DNA of 64,000 nucleotides from Paraspadella gotoi (taxonomy: Eukaryota; Animalia; Chaetognatha). The notes beneath the pieces were generated by a model. It was not told where the DNA came from. It saw nothing but the letters and a program-made list of their open reading frames with translations, and ran no database searches. Within the stretch, counting starts at the first letter, position 1. The number at the start of each line of letters is the position of its first letter. The position numbers and the translations under genes were made by a program. Shown here piece by piece: positions 1 through 13,000 of this stretch. The stretch lies in assembly GCA_051294375.1 (NCBI GenBank), contig CM119267.1, forward strand, positions 25,807,293-25,871,292, written 5' to 3'.

Positions 1-1
1 G

Positions 2-1210
2 CTTTTCTCCATTACCGACGCCGGCGTCTTGGTCGTCGTAGAAAATCAGCGAGGGAGAAGGTTTTGCGGAAAGGTGGGTCGGTGTAGCCTGTAATGAAGA
101 AGTGGCTTATCGGGAGAGTCGGTCTGAGAGGCTTGCGAGAAAGGTCGGTCAGAGGGGAAACTTTGGAAGGTGGGTCTGAGTTCACCAAAAGGAAGATGGA
201 GTGGCTTGTCGGGAAGGTTGGTCGAAGTGTTGCCGGAACGTTGGGTGAAAGGGGAAGGTGGGTCGGAGTCGCTTGTTTTTGCTAACAAAAGAGGCAAAGT
301 TAAACCAAGTAATTCCTCGTGTTAGGGCGCCTTAGTCCGACGCTTCCTCGACAACGGACTCTCACTCGACGCCGGCGACGTTGAAGTCGAACTCAACGAG
401 GCCGTGGCGCCGCTAAAGATAAAAAAGGCGCCGAATTTCGACGCGGCGTCGGCGCCGAAACGTCGGAGACTCGAATCGAAAGCGCCGGTCGTCGATGTCA
501 AACCGGAAGTAGAGGAACTCGTCATCGACGACGACGAAAACGAGGACGCGACGGAGAGTTTCGGTGGCGGCGCCAGCGCTGGCGGCGCCGGCGGCGGCGG
601 CGACTATTTATGGATGAACGACGGCTACAGTGGGCAACTTTTCAACAGTCAACTTGACGAAAACTCCTTCCCCGCCGAAAACGTCTTCGATCGACTTGAC
701 TCGCTCGACTCTTCCGCCCCCGATGTGGAGGGCATGACGAGCGATTCTCGGAGGAGACTCAAGGAACGCGCGGTCCGCGACATTCGCCATCCCGCCGCAG
801 CCTTTCGTCGAGGAACCACTGAATCCAAACTCCTCGCCTCCATTCTCTACGACTTCGGCAAGGAGACGACGCTCGCCAATCCTCATCCACTCGAGTCGGC
901 CGAGGCAAAGAGGTCGGATAATTAGATTTCATTCTCCTCATCATCAATTAAAATTTGAGAGAGAGACTGAGAATGAGAATGAATGAAGCCTTCTTTCGCT
1001 TACAGATATTTTGCTGAGAGACTCGACAATTACGTCCGTTCCTTTCCCCAATTCGCGACTCTAACGACGACGCCCGACATGACCGCTCTCTTCGCCCGCG
1101 ACGGAGCCTTGCAACAGTACACGCCTCTCAGCTTCATGAAAATGAACGCGAGAAACGGTTACAAGCGAGTTTTCAGGACGAGGAGGAAGGCAGTTGACCC
1201 TCATTCCTGA
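2..1210 (+). CDS. 3' part of a spliced gene, unknown protein (acidic/Gly-rich, NLS-like PKRRR)
   Basis: Phase-consistent exons <2-73, 326-912, 1006-1210 with GT-AG introns; GC-rich coding-like composition; stop TGA at 1208-1210. No domain recognised. Confidence 0.7.
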
Positions 1211-1453
1211 AATAACGCCACTCGTTTTATTTTCACGATCAATTTTTGTTGATTTTTGATTTGATAAGATTTATGTAATATGTTAAGAGCCGATTAATTT
1301 AAATTATTCTAATTAACTATTTATGTTTGAGCGTCGAATGAATTTATTTTTTGTACGTTGATTCTTGTTGATTAGTAGCCTGAAATTTCCTTAGTTTATG
1401 TGAAATATGAGAGTCTGAGTCTTGAAACTTTTTTCCTCAACTTTTATTTGACT

Positions 1454-4400
1454 ATGGGGACGACGACGACGACGACGACAAGGTCTAAGACGACCCGTCC
1501 GCGCCTTTCCCCCTCCTCCTCCACTTCTTCTTCTTCCTGCTCCTCCGCCTCATCCTCCAAAAAGCCCCTTCCTCCTTTTCCCGTCGTCCGCGATTGGGTC
1601 TGCGTCGTAGTTGTCGACGCCAATCAAGACAACGTCCTCCTCAGGGACATTGATGACAAAGGGCTGTGGATCCCGCACGGTCCGGCTCGTGACAAGGTGA
1701 GGTGGTTGGACAAAATGATGACAGTTGGTCCTTTAAGTGTTTATTCCAAACCCGTTTGATGAATCAAAAGAGCTAGTGTCGCAGTCAAAATTTGCGCTGC
1801 GATTTAAAAGCTTGGAGTATGTACTATGTAAAAACCACGCGCCTCTTTTCTATAAAAAATGTTAACAGGAATGGTTCCTCGACGCTGCGTGCCGCGTGGC
1901 GCGAGAAACGACGGGTCACAACGTAAATGTCTCTGGTCTCCTTAGCGTTAGACGCATCCATCTTCCTCTCGGCGCCTCGCTCCTCGCCGAACCGGAGCTC
2001 GTGGCAAGGTGTAAAAAAAGGAAGATCATTTAGGGAAAAAAGGTTTAAAAGATTAAGTATGGTCTCGACTAAAGGTTTAAAAGAAGAAACGGGGTGAAAG
2101 GGGAGATCGTACGAGAAGGCCTTCAAAAGAGGCGGGAGTTCAAGAGAAGATTCTCTTTTTCTTTCAGACGCTCGCCCGACCCGATGTCGTCTCTGGTTCA
2201 AGAGGGCGCCGTAGACGTAGACGCCGATGAAGACGATACGGACGGCGTCGTCAAGCGCGCCGCCTTGGTGGTTACATACCTGGCGCGTTTGGCACCGTCA
2301 GCCCCGCGCTGCAGAGCCGCACCCCTCACCTGCTTTCCTTCGCGGCGAGAGGGTGAGGCGGAAGAGGAGGAGGAGGAGGATGAGAAAGGAAAGGAGATCG
2401 AAGCGGCGGCGAATAGCGAAGAAGAAAAACGGAAAGAATCCTCGGCCCATTCAGACCCAGCGCCCGCCCCGCCAGACCCCGTGCCTGCCCTTCCAGATCC
2501 TGCCCCTGCATGCTCCATCCGCAACTCCGCCACTCATCCCTGGATTTGGCTTAAGATCGCCGCCCTTCCCTCCGCCGTGGCCTCGGGCATATTGCGTTCG
2601 CGAGACTTGCCGCAGTGGCTCGATTCTCTCAAGGCGACTCCATTGCTTCCGCCGCAACTGCAACTTCTCCCTTCTCCAAATTTGTTGCAAGACGTGACCC
2701 CGTGGCGGCCCGTCGTTCCCGGGTCCGGCGCGGCGGCGGCGCTGGTGTCGGCCTTGGCGGGAAATCATGCGGCGCCTCCCGCCCTTGATGCGTTGTTACA
2801 AGGTGAGAACGGCAATGCATATATATACCTAACAAGATGCCTCTCCGTATATTTTGTCTAGCGATTCTTTTTCTCGTTTCTACATAATCTCGCGAAATGT
2901 GTTTGTAGAGTTCTCAAATGTGAACATGACTAATAAAGCGACGAGTATCGTGTTGCAGTTAAAGCGCTTGTAATTACATTATTAATTAACCAAATGTAGA
3001 AGCAATCGAGATAAGAACGGTATTGAACGGCATTGAACGCTGGACTAAAAAAAGATCATATAAACGAATTAATAAAAATCTTAATACAAAATTAAATCAA
3101 TTAAAGAAACATTAAAACAAACCTGCTCGTAAAGCTTGAGAACTACTAACATAATTCTTAATTTCTCTCACAAAGGTAAGTTTCTTCACTCGGATATATA
3201 ACAAACGTTTTAGGCAAAAAGAGCAACGATTTTTGGGAAACGTAAAACACGGAAATATTTAAGTGTTACTTGTCGGGCATTCACTCATATCATGTCAGAA
3301 CATCGAATTATGATAAATTATGCAAAAAAAATGTCTGTTTGTTTGTCTGTCAGTCTGTCTGTCTGTCTGTCTGTCCGTCCCACCTTAGCAAAAAACTCCA
3401 ATTACTGGCGATTGGATGGATGGATTGGAATGAAATTTTGTGTGTGGGTAGGGAAGTGTGGGATATGAAGTTTCGATGGAATCGGGCGAGTGGAAATGAG
3501 TTTAAATGGAAAAAACGAAAAAATACATTTCACTATTTGAACGTGGGTAGGAAAGTGTGTGATTAAGCTGGAAATAAAGTTTCGATGGAATCATCCGAGT
3601 GGAAATGAGTTTAAATGGAAAAAACAAAGAACCTGTTTAACTAATTTATTATGCTTTTTTTTTTTTATATTAGATGTAAATGCAAGATGTATTAATTAAT
3701 CAAATAATTAATTAGTTAATTAATCAATTAGTCAATTAATAATTATTTAATCAGTGAATTAATAAATCAATTAATTATTTAATCAATTTATTTATCTATT
3801 AATTAATTATTCAATCAATCAATTTATTTATCAATTAATTATATAATCTGTCAAACAATCAAGCCAATCGTTATCGACATTATTATCGTCGTCGCCATCA
3901 TCGTCGTCGTTGCTTTTGTCGTGGTCAGTGACAAAAAGACCGAAAAACAAACATTTCGGACCAAATTAATTAATTAATTGCCTCATTAATTAATTAACTT
4001 AATTTAGATTAATTAATTAATTACCGCTAATGATCGTGGGCAGATCCGACATTGTTTGCTCAAACTTATTTTATTACGCTTTTCTCTTCTCTTCATTCTC
4101 TCTCTTTTTCTATTGCTTTTTATTTATTTATTTTTTTATAGTTATATATTTATTTATTTATATATAAGCCAAGTTTGTAAAATTAAATTTATCAAATTTG
4201 ACTTTTTGAGTATCAAAATTTATTATGGGTCCAGATTTTTTCTATGCGATTGCGACGATCCTTTTTTTTTAGGCGCCAAAATCTCGTCGACGGATCAGGA
4301 GCTTCTCTATGAAGAGTTCCTCGGACGGACTTTTCCTTGCACATCCGGACTCGGAGTCGAAGGCCTCGTCAACATTCTTGAACAGAAAGGACTAGTCGTC

Positions 4401-7400
4401 GCCGATAAGGTTTCCCATTTTTTAAGTAAAATTAAGGGAAAAAATAATTTGACCTGACCAGAATATTTTGGTCGGTAACTTTTTTATCTCCGTTTTTCAA
4501 CAATGAAGCCACTTACCCTTGGCCTTAACCTTGATAGCCTCAACCATTTGACCTTACGATACGAAAAAAAAATATATGGGTTTATTCCGGCGGGTTTCGG
4601 TTGGTTTATATACCAATTTCATAAAATTTAGTTCCTTGTATTTTGATGCTAGTGCGGAGTACAATATAGTATTCCCCGATCTAATACTTGAGTCAGTGGT
4701 ACTTTTATACAATTGAAACATTCTTTAAAATTTTATACCACTTCATTGAAAGGAAAGCTAGATACTCTGGGAGAGAATAAACTCGACTGTGAGAGAGGTC
4801 CTAAATCACCATAGCCTGTCCAATGTCATGGCAAGATAGTGTTGGACTCAAATTTAATGGATAATTTTATGTTGGTTGTACCAATTTCATACAATTAAAC
4901 CGAAAAATCCTGGGATTTAAAAATGGTTTCGTTCGAATCGAAAGGTGGCGCTATTCCGGGCCTTCGACTCCAATAACGACGCCGCTCTTGGCTTCTATCA
5001 GTATTTGCTCGGCGTTGCCGCGATGGACCCTTCAACGCCGCATGGGCAACTCGCCGGTGAGAAAACTCTCTTTCCTTCTCGTGAGGAGTTTTATTTGAAT
5101 TTATTGTGTGTACGGATACTGTTTATTAAGAATAACTCTCACGTACTCAAGTAAATTCGTAAATCTAAATTCGTTTCTGCAATAGTAAGCAAAAAAGAAA
5201 TCAGAAGTCAACAAACTAATCTTCTCGTCATTAATTCCGAGGCGAGACGCGATGTCGCTTTATCTTCCGCTATTACGACACGGACGGCGACGCCTTCTGG
5301 ACTCAGGAAGAGTTTCGCCGATTCGTGTCCGACGTGAGGAGATCGAAACATCAGGAGGTCACGGAGGAAATCCTCGATAAGGAGGTGGAGGTTGCCTTCA
5401 AGGTGCGTCAATCTCTATTCATTTATTCAATGTCTTGTGGTTGTATATTCACATCACCTCACGTCCACGATCGTTCCGCCAATACCATTGGCTCAGAGGG
5501 GGAACACACCATCCCAGGCGTCGTGTTCCATCCACAGTCCTAATGACTTCCCTCTGCGTTGGCAAAGCGAGACCGTCCTAGGGTAACCGCGCCAGTGACT
5601 GGATGCGTCACTGAGGGTCGGAAGCTCCCAAAGCCAACAGTGAGATGCCCTATCCCAATGGTCATCACAGGCAACCCTGTTGTTGCCATTGTCTTTTCTT
5701 TTTATAGTTCAGACTAAGCTGACATTTTTTGATAATTAAAATTTGTATAAAATGATTTATAAATTAAATGGCTTCCTTTATAAGCAATTCGGCAAAGGAG
5801 ATACAAACGCAACGACCCCCAACGGAATCTCCTCCGCCGCGCCAGAGGCGGAGGCCTCCAAGTCGGCGGCGCCTAAGAGTCCCGTTATGCCGTTGAGTCC
5901 CAAGAGCCCGGAGAGCACTAGCAGCACCTGTACCAGCGAAGATGCCAACAGGTGCCGCTTTTAGAGCAGACAGCTTTTATCGCTCGTTTAATCTGTAGTC
6001 AATTATTTAATCTAATCATCAAGTCGCTCCCTATTTTTATCTCGTCAGATGCCTCTCCCTCCACGACTTCTTGACTACTGTTGGGCAACTCAAGTTCCGC
6101 GGGACGTCCGTCCTCTTCCGTCTTCCCAACTCGTGCACCGCTAATCTCAAGAACGCCGTCGCCGACGCCAAGAGGCGACGCCGGCGAATCCTTGCCAGGT
6201 TCATCATTTGGGAGGCACCTACTATCTAAGAAAAAAGTATATAACATTTCTAATAAAGGATATCTACTCGAAAACTTGTTTGATTTTAAAAAAATTAGAA
6301 TGTTTACGGGTTTACATTGAATTTCCTTTTCGTAGCTTCCTTTTATTTTTTTGTAAGTCAAATCGTTTAGAAGTTACAGGCCAAAACATATTGTTACTTC
6401 AAATGAAAAATAGCGAAAAAATCATATTTAGTTTTTCTCCATTTTTGGTATTTAGTTATTTATTTTTATTTCAAATAGAGTTAGTTAATTTTTTTTAATT
6501 TAACAATTCTAAAGGCCTTGCACCTCTTTTTGGTTAAAAAAAGTGCTATTTTACCTTTTAAAAAAGAGTGAAAGATATGCAACATCAACATCGGGGCATT
6601 AAAGATGTGGAAAAACATTTCACTGTCTTACCTCAATTTGCTGTATAAGAGCATGCCTAAATGAATATAGGCAGTAGTTAATATCGAGGAAGGGCATACC
6701 AAATATTTAGAATGTTTTACCCATGTTTTGTATACTTTTTATTGAATAAATGAATTATGTTATATACTTTTTTCCGAGATAGTAGTTTTTTTCTCGCCAG
6801 ACTTGCGAATGCCCGACTTGGGCGAGATGTTAATTCGTTTTTGCTTCTTTTGATCGTAGTCGTCGGCGTCGGCACGCTGTTTTAACATTGAAAATAGCTC
6901 AATTGTGTAACCATAGGAAGCTGAAAATTTAGATATGGCTTCTCATCATTGAGGTCTTTTAAATAGTTGTTTCATATTCCTACACTCATTTGTTTTATTT
7001 ACAAAACAATTTGTATATATATAGATGAGTTCAGCTCTACAGCGACTCTACAAGAATAATTAAAGTTATTATAAACTAGCAATTATGATAATTAAATTAA
7101 TTCATTAATTATTTAGTTATTAATTGAACCACAAAAAAATGATCATTTAACAATTTAAAATATTAATATTAAACCTTGAGAGCAATAGAACAAAAAATTA
7201 TCAAAGCTTAATCAGATTGAGGAATTTCATTTGAGATAATCCACAAATTAATCTGCCACAGTGGCTGTCTAGTAGAGTGATGTGAAAATGATAAAATTTT
7301 AGAAAATTGAAATTTAGCATATAAAACGTGAAAATAAAAACCATTAAAAATATTTTGGTAAATTTATTTTTTAATTTCATACATTAGTGGGCACTAGACC

Positions 7401-10010
7401 TTGCCATATATGAAAAGTTTTGAAATCAAAAAACGAGTATTGTGTAAAAGGTGCCCATACATCATATGAATTTTTTTGAACATTTTTTTTCAAAAAAAAA
7501 TTTACAGTAAATGCTGCCAACTTTGAAAAAAATGAAAAAAAATCGTAAAAAATGGACTTTTTGCTAAATATCTTTAAAAGCTTTATTGCTAGAGGGACGA
7601 AACCCAAACTATCTTGTAGAGTGGAAAAAATTGACTATGTTACATACCTCGCATTATAAATTAAGTTAGTTTTTTACTAAGGAAAATTTTTTTTAAAACC
7701 TATTCTTTTGGTCAATTTTTGATAAAATTTTTAAAAAATGATATTTTTAACAATGTTCGTGAAATATTTTGTAAAAAAAATTATGGCGAATTGAATAAAG
7801 AAATAATTGCCTTTGTTTTGCTGAAAGAATTTTAAAAAAGGATTATTGGTTAAAAAGTTATAATTTTTTTAAATTAAAAAAAATCATTTTTCTTAATAAT
7901 TATTTTTATTTAATAGGTTTGAACTAGGCTAAAGGGAAAAAGGGAATGCACTTTTTTCAGAGTAAATAAAAAAATAGTAAATTCTGATTTGACAATGGGT
8001 AACTTTAATATTTTTTTTTAATTTTTTTTCTATATAAAAGAAAAAGAAAAATTGACAAAAGCGATTAGATGATTAAAAATTGATAAAATGAGACAAAAAG
8101 AGTAAAATTAATGAAAGTTAAATAACTGAGAAAAGAGTTGCTTGCTGCTTGCCGGTCGAGAAAAAAAAGGTTTAGTGCCAAGAAAGAAAACTAGTTATTC
8201 TGTTTTTTTGTTATCTATTCATGATTTAAAGTTAATAATTAAGTCTATTGTAAATAGTCGATTTAGTTTTAAAATATAATTTTAATTCATCTTTGATTTT
8301 TATTAATTTCATATCTTTTATAGATGATGAATTTATCAACAAGTTGGATCTATTCTTAAATTTATCAAGCAAGCTTAATATATTTTTACAAGTCTTTTAT
8401 AACTTTTGATTAAGCAATATATTTAACACAAATTATAATTCAACTCAGTTCTGGAGAACTAGCTTGACAAAGGTAATTTATGAAAAAAATAGAATAACTA
8501 GTTTTTTTTCTTTGGCACTCTGATGATGACTTTTTTTTTCTCGATCGGTAAGCAGCAAGCAACTCTTCTCTCAGTTGCTTTTTTTGTCTCATTTTATCAA
8601 TTTTTAATTATTTAATCGCTTTTGTCAATTTTTCTTTTTCTTTTATATAGAAAAAAATTAAAAAAACTACCTTATTTAAAAGTCATAATTCCATTATAAA
8701 ATGTTAAAAATTTAAAAAAAACTTTAATGACCGGGTGAGACAAAATATTAAAGTTACCCATTGTCAAATCAGAATTTACTATTTTTTTATTTACTCTGAA
8801 AAAAGTGCATTCCCTTTTTCCCCTTAGCCTAGTTCAAACCTATTAAATAAAAATAATTATTAAGAAAAGTGATTTTTTTTAAATTTAAAAAAATTATAAC
8901 TTTTTAACCAATAATCCTTTTTTAAAAATTCTTTCAGCAAAACAAAGGCAATTATTTCTTTATTCAATTCGCCATAATTTTTTTTACAAAATATTTCACA
9001 AACATTGTTATAAATATCATTTTTTTAAAATTTTATCAAAAATTGACCAAAAGAATAGGTTTTAAAAAAAATTTTCCTTAGTAAAAAACTAACTTAATTT
9101 ATAATGCGAGGTATGTAACATAGTCAATTTTTTCCACTCTACAAGATAGTTTGGGTTTAGTCCCTCTCGCAATAAAGCTTTTAAAGATATTTAGCAAAAA
9201 GTCCATTTTTTACGATTTTTTTTTTCATTTTTTTCAAAGTTGGCAGTATTTACTGTAAATTTTTTTTTGAAAAAAAATGTTCAAAAAATTCATATGATGT
9301 ATGGGCACCTTTTACACAATACTCGTTTTTTGATTTCAAAACTTTTCATATATGGCAAGGTCTAGTGGGCACCAGTGAGCTACATTTATATATAGTAATA
9401 AGTATATAATGGCTAAAATTTCAAAATAAAAATTTTTAAATTTTAAGATCGGATTTGGATTCTTTGCAAAAAGTTAATATAAGAAAGTATAATTCTTTTT
9501 TAAAAATTATTTCATTAAGTTGGTCAAAAATCTAAAAAACTATGTTTAAGATATCAATTTTTAATTTCGAGCTTAAAAATATAGTTTTTTATAATTTTAA
9601 CCTACTTAATGACATAATTTTTTAAAAAGATTTATATTTTCTTATATCAACTTTTAACAAGGAATCTGAATCTGTTCTCAGAATTTAAAAAAAACATTTT
9701 GAAATTTTGACATTATATAATGGTAGTACTATATACAAAATAAGCTGACTGGGCTACTATGTTTATAAAAAAAGAAAAACAACTCTAGATTAGTATTCAC
9801 TAATATAACAGTTTTCAAGATATAACTGCTAATTTGATTCCAAACTTTCACTTCACCCTACTGTCTAGTTTCTCTCTATTTTTTTCTCTTTTTCTCTCTC
9901 TTTTAATTTTATGTCGCTCTTTCTCTCTCTCTTTTTTTCTATCGCAGCTTCTGATTTGTCTAAAAACGAGTTCGCTCTGCAGCGGCTGTCCACATTCTCT
10001 CTCTCTCTCT

Positions 10011-10048
<38 letters not shown>

Positions 10049-13000
10049 ATACACGCATTTGTTTGTTTTATTTACGATGAATGATTCATGGCGTCATTGA
10101 ATGATTATCATCGCATCAATGAATGACTATCATCGCATCAATGAATAATTATTATCGGATCAATGAATGACTATCATCGCATCAATGAATGACTATCATC
10201 GCATAAATGAATGATTATCATCGCATCAATATTTGGTTATCATTGCATCAATCCTTTGGTTATCATCGCATCAGTCTTTTAGTTATTATCGCATCAATAT
10301 TTGGTTATCGCATTTGGTTATCATCCAATCAATATTCAATTGCTTTTAAATCAATCAATCAATTACTATTACATCAATCAATCATTACTATTATATCAAT
10401 CTTTCATTATTACTTCAATAATTAATTATCGCATAAATATTTCTATCATGTAGTTCTTCCCCACCAACAAGTGAGCATCTGCTCTGCAAACGCGACATCT
10501 CCCGAGAGAAAAACGAAAGAGGATCTCCTACTCTTCCTCGCCTTCTCTTCCCCCTCCCTTCCGCTACCTCAGTGCGCAGCCACGAGACAGAATCACTTCT
10601 GTTCGCGCTTTTGCGCTCACAGTCTTCCGGCTTTTTCGAAAATATTCTTTGAATTTATTTTGTTTGAATTAATTCTGCAATCTTTTCGTTTTTTTTAGTT
10701 CCATTTAAGTAAGTAGACATAGGAGCTGACGTCGTTCTTAAAGATCGAAGAAGATTTTTTCAAAAGAGATTTTAGTTCAAATCTGACGACCAAACAATAT
10801 AAACACTCCTGAGAAAATTTCCGGTAAAAAATAGATGTAAAAACACTAGATTCCGATCCTGATGCATCTGAAGGGCTTGCATTTTTTTTCTCTTGTCAAA
10901 TAACTATCATCTTGATATCAAACTATCAGATTCAAATGGACTGGTCTGCTCAGGAAAATATTTTCAACACAATTTTTAAATATAAAATAAAGGGATTTCT
11001 CAACTTCAATACAATGTAAACGCATTTAACATATGTTGTGATTTAACAATAAATTTCGAATTCAGGAATCCAATCCAATATCTGAAGGGCTCTTTTCTTT
11101 ACATTTTATTTGGTTATTTTAATATGATACGATCATGGTAAAGTGAATTCGTCCATTTTGGTGAAATTTTTATTTAAAGTAAAAGTAAAACAGGAGCTAA
11201 CGATCGGAATTCTAAGAGTTTTCAACCGGGAGTCAGATTCGGGAAAAATCTTCTATGGCGAAAATCTTCTAAAGAAGGGGTGGATTTTTCGAAGATTTTG
11301 GTTAATATTTTCTATATTTAGGATTGGATATTTTTGAAACTTAACAATAGCAATATTGCCATCATTCTACATTGTCCGGTAAAAGAATATATTAAAAAAA
11401 CCTCTGGCTTTTTTCGTCAGCGCTTTGTCCTGGTAGACAGAGATTTTAACATGAAACCAAAAGTGGATTTTATTCTTGTATAGAATATCAGCAAAGAGCG
11501 ACGTGAGACAGTTTAAGGCAATACAGAAAATGCTCAGTATTTATACAGAGTAAACGGATCAACGATGTGGGCTCTCTTTCCCGATGGCATGAAGCCCATC
11601 TTCTCATTGGTTGATTCTTGGTGGTGATTCATCCAATCAGAGAGTCCTTGGTTGATTTCATCCGAGTCGCCGATCCGGTTTGGTTCTGATTCAATTCTGA
11701 TTTGATTCCAATATTTGCTCTTTGATTCCGATTCCATCTTTGATGCGTCCCCCCCTCCTCAGATGACGGCGTACGCGGTCAGTCGGTAGTCGGAGTGGAG
11801 ACTGGTACGGGCACAAAGATTCTGTTTTGGGCCTGTTCCCAGGTGATCGTTGGTGTGGTGGCTGGCCTAAGAGTCTCTCTGAGGGTGGTTGGCGGGCAGC
11901 AGCAGCAGCACGCCAGCGTTAGTCCCGCGATGATGATGGCGATGGCGAATGGGATGATGTTTGCCGCGTCGGTCAGCCAGTTCCACTTTGGTATTTCTCT
12001 GTATATTTTTCTCATGGTTGCTAGGAGCGTGCCTCTCGTGATCTCGCCGATATATTTCTTAAAGTTTTGTTGTCTGGCGTAGTTTTCGTGGTTTTTGAGG
12101 AACTCCTCTATTCGCATATAGAGCTCATCCTCGGTGGAGAGGAGATCTTTTGTTTCCGGGAGGTTGCCCTTAATTTTTCTGTAATCGTTCTGCCGTTCTC
12201 CTTCTGTTGTTTGATATCTTTTCTTTATGTAGTAGATTGGTGGAGGAGAACAGCTTGTCTTAGTAGATGGGGTGATGACGTGATGGTAGATCGAATGTCG
12301 AAATACGTTTTTTCCTCAGAAAGAAATGGGCAAGTCGTGGTATCAATCTTTAGTTTTTCTTACGTGTGCAAGCGTCTGGTCGCATCGAGCGGTCATCAGC
12401 AGTTCGCCTCGGATGACGGCGACTAAGCCTCACTTTATGAATGCTGTTGACGTTGGATTTTTGTGAGCGACTTCTGCTGCTTTTCTTGCTTCTTTGATGG
12501 TTCTCTCAGAATACAGATATTCTTCGACACGTGGCTGTTAAAAGTTTTCTCTTCACGGCCGCCATTTTATCGTCTTCGTGTGCTTGGCTGCGGGGGGAAG
12601 ATTTGATCCCGCCCCCTTGTTTGTCCTGTGCGCACCCTTAGGGGGGAGGATTTGATCCCGCCCCCTTGTTTGTCCTGTGCGCAACGTACGTGGCTGCGGG
12701 GGGAGGATTTTGATCCCGCCCCCTTGCTTGCCCGGTACGCTTCGGTTTTTCACTGAGGCGCATGTTATTCAACTCGTCTAACCTCATGTCTTTTCCTTCG
12801 CCTCCACCGCCAGCCATTCCGGGCTGTTCTGGTCAGACCGAGGCCGTGCCTTCTCAGATGGAGGCCATTCTTCTCCAAATTAGCAACGCTTTCTCTAGCA
12901 TTCTTCGCGAATTTAAGGAGTTTCACCGCTCGTCTTCTTCTGAGTTGGAGAGTCTTCGGCTGTTTGTTCTTTTCTTTTTAATTTTTTCGCCTTTTTTGGC

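Noticed and set aside
9834-10100. ORFs over (CT)n/(GA)n tracts here and at 36.9, 52.7 and 61 kb
   Set aside because: Low-complexity translation of microsatellites in repeats.
10075-10330. CRISPR-like array (also 22912-23210 and 50040-50257)
   Set aside because: Head-to-tail tandem units with no unique spacers, in a eukaryotic context with no cas genes.
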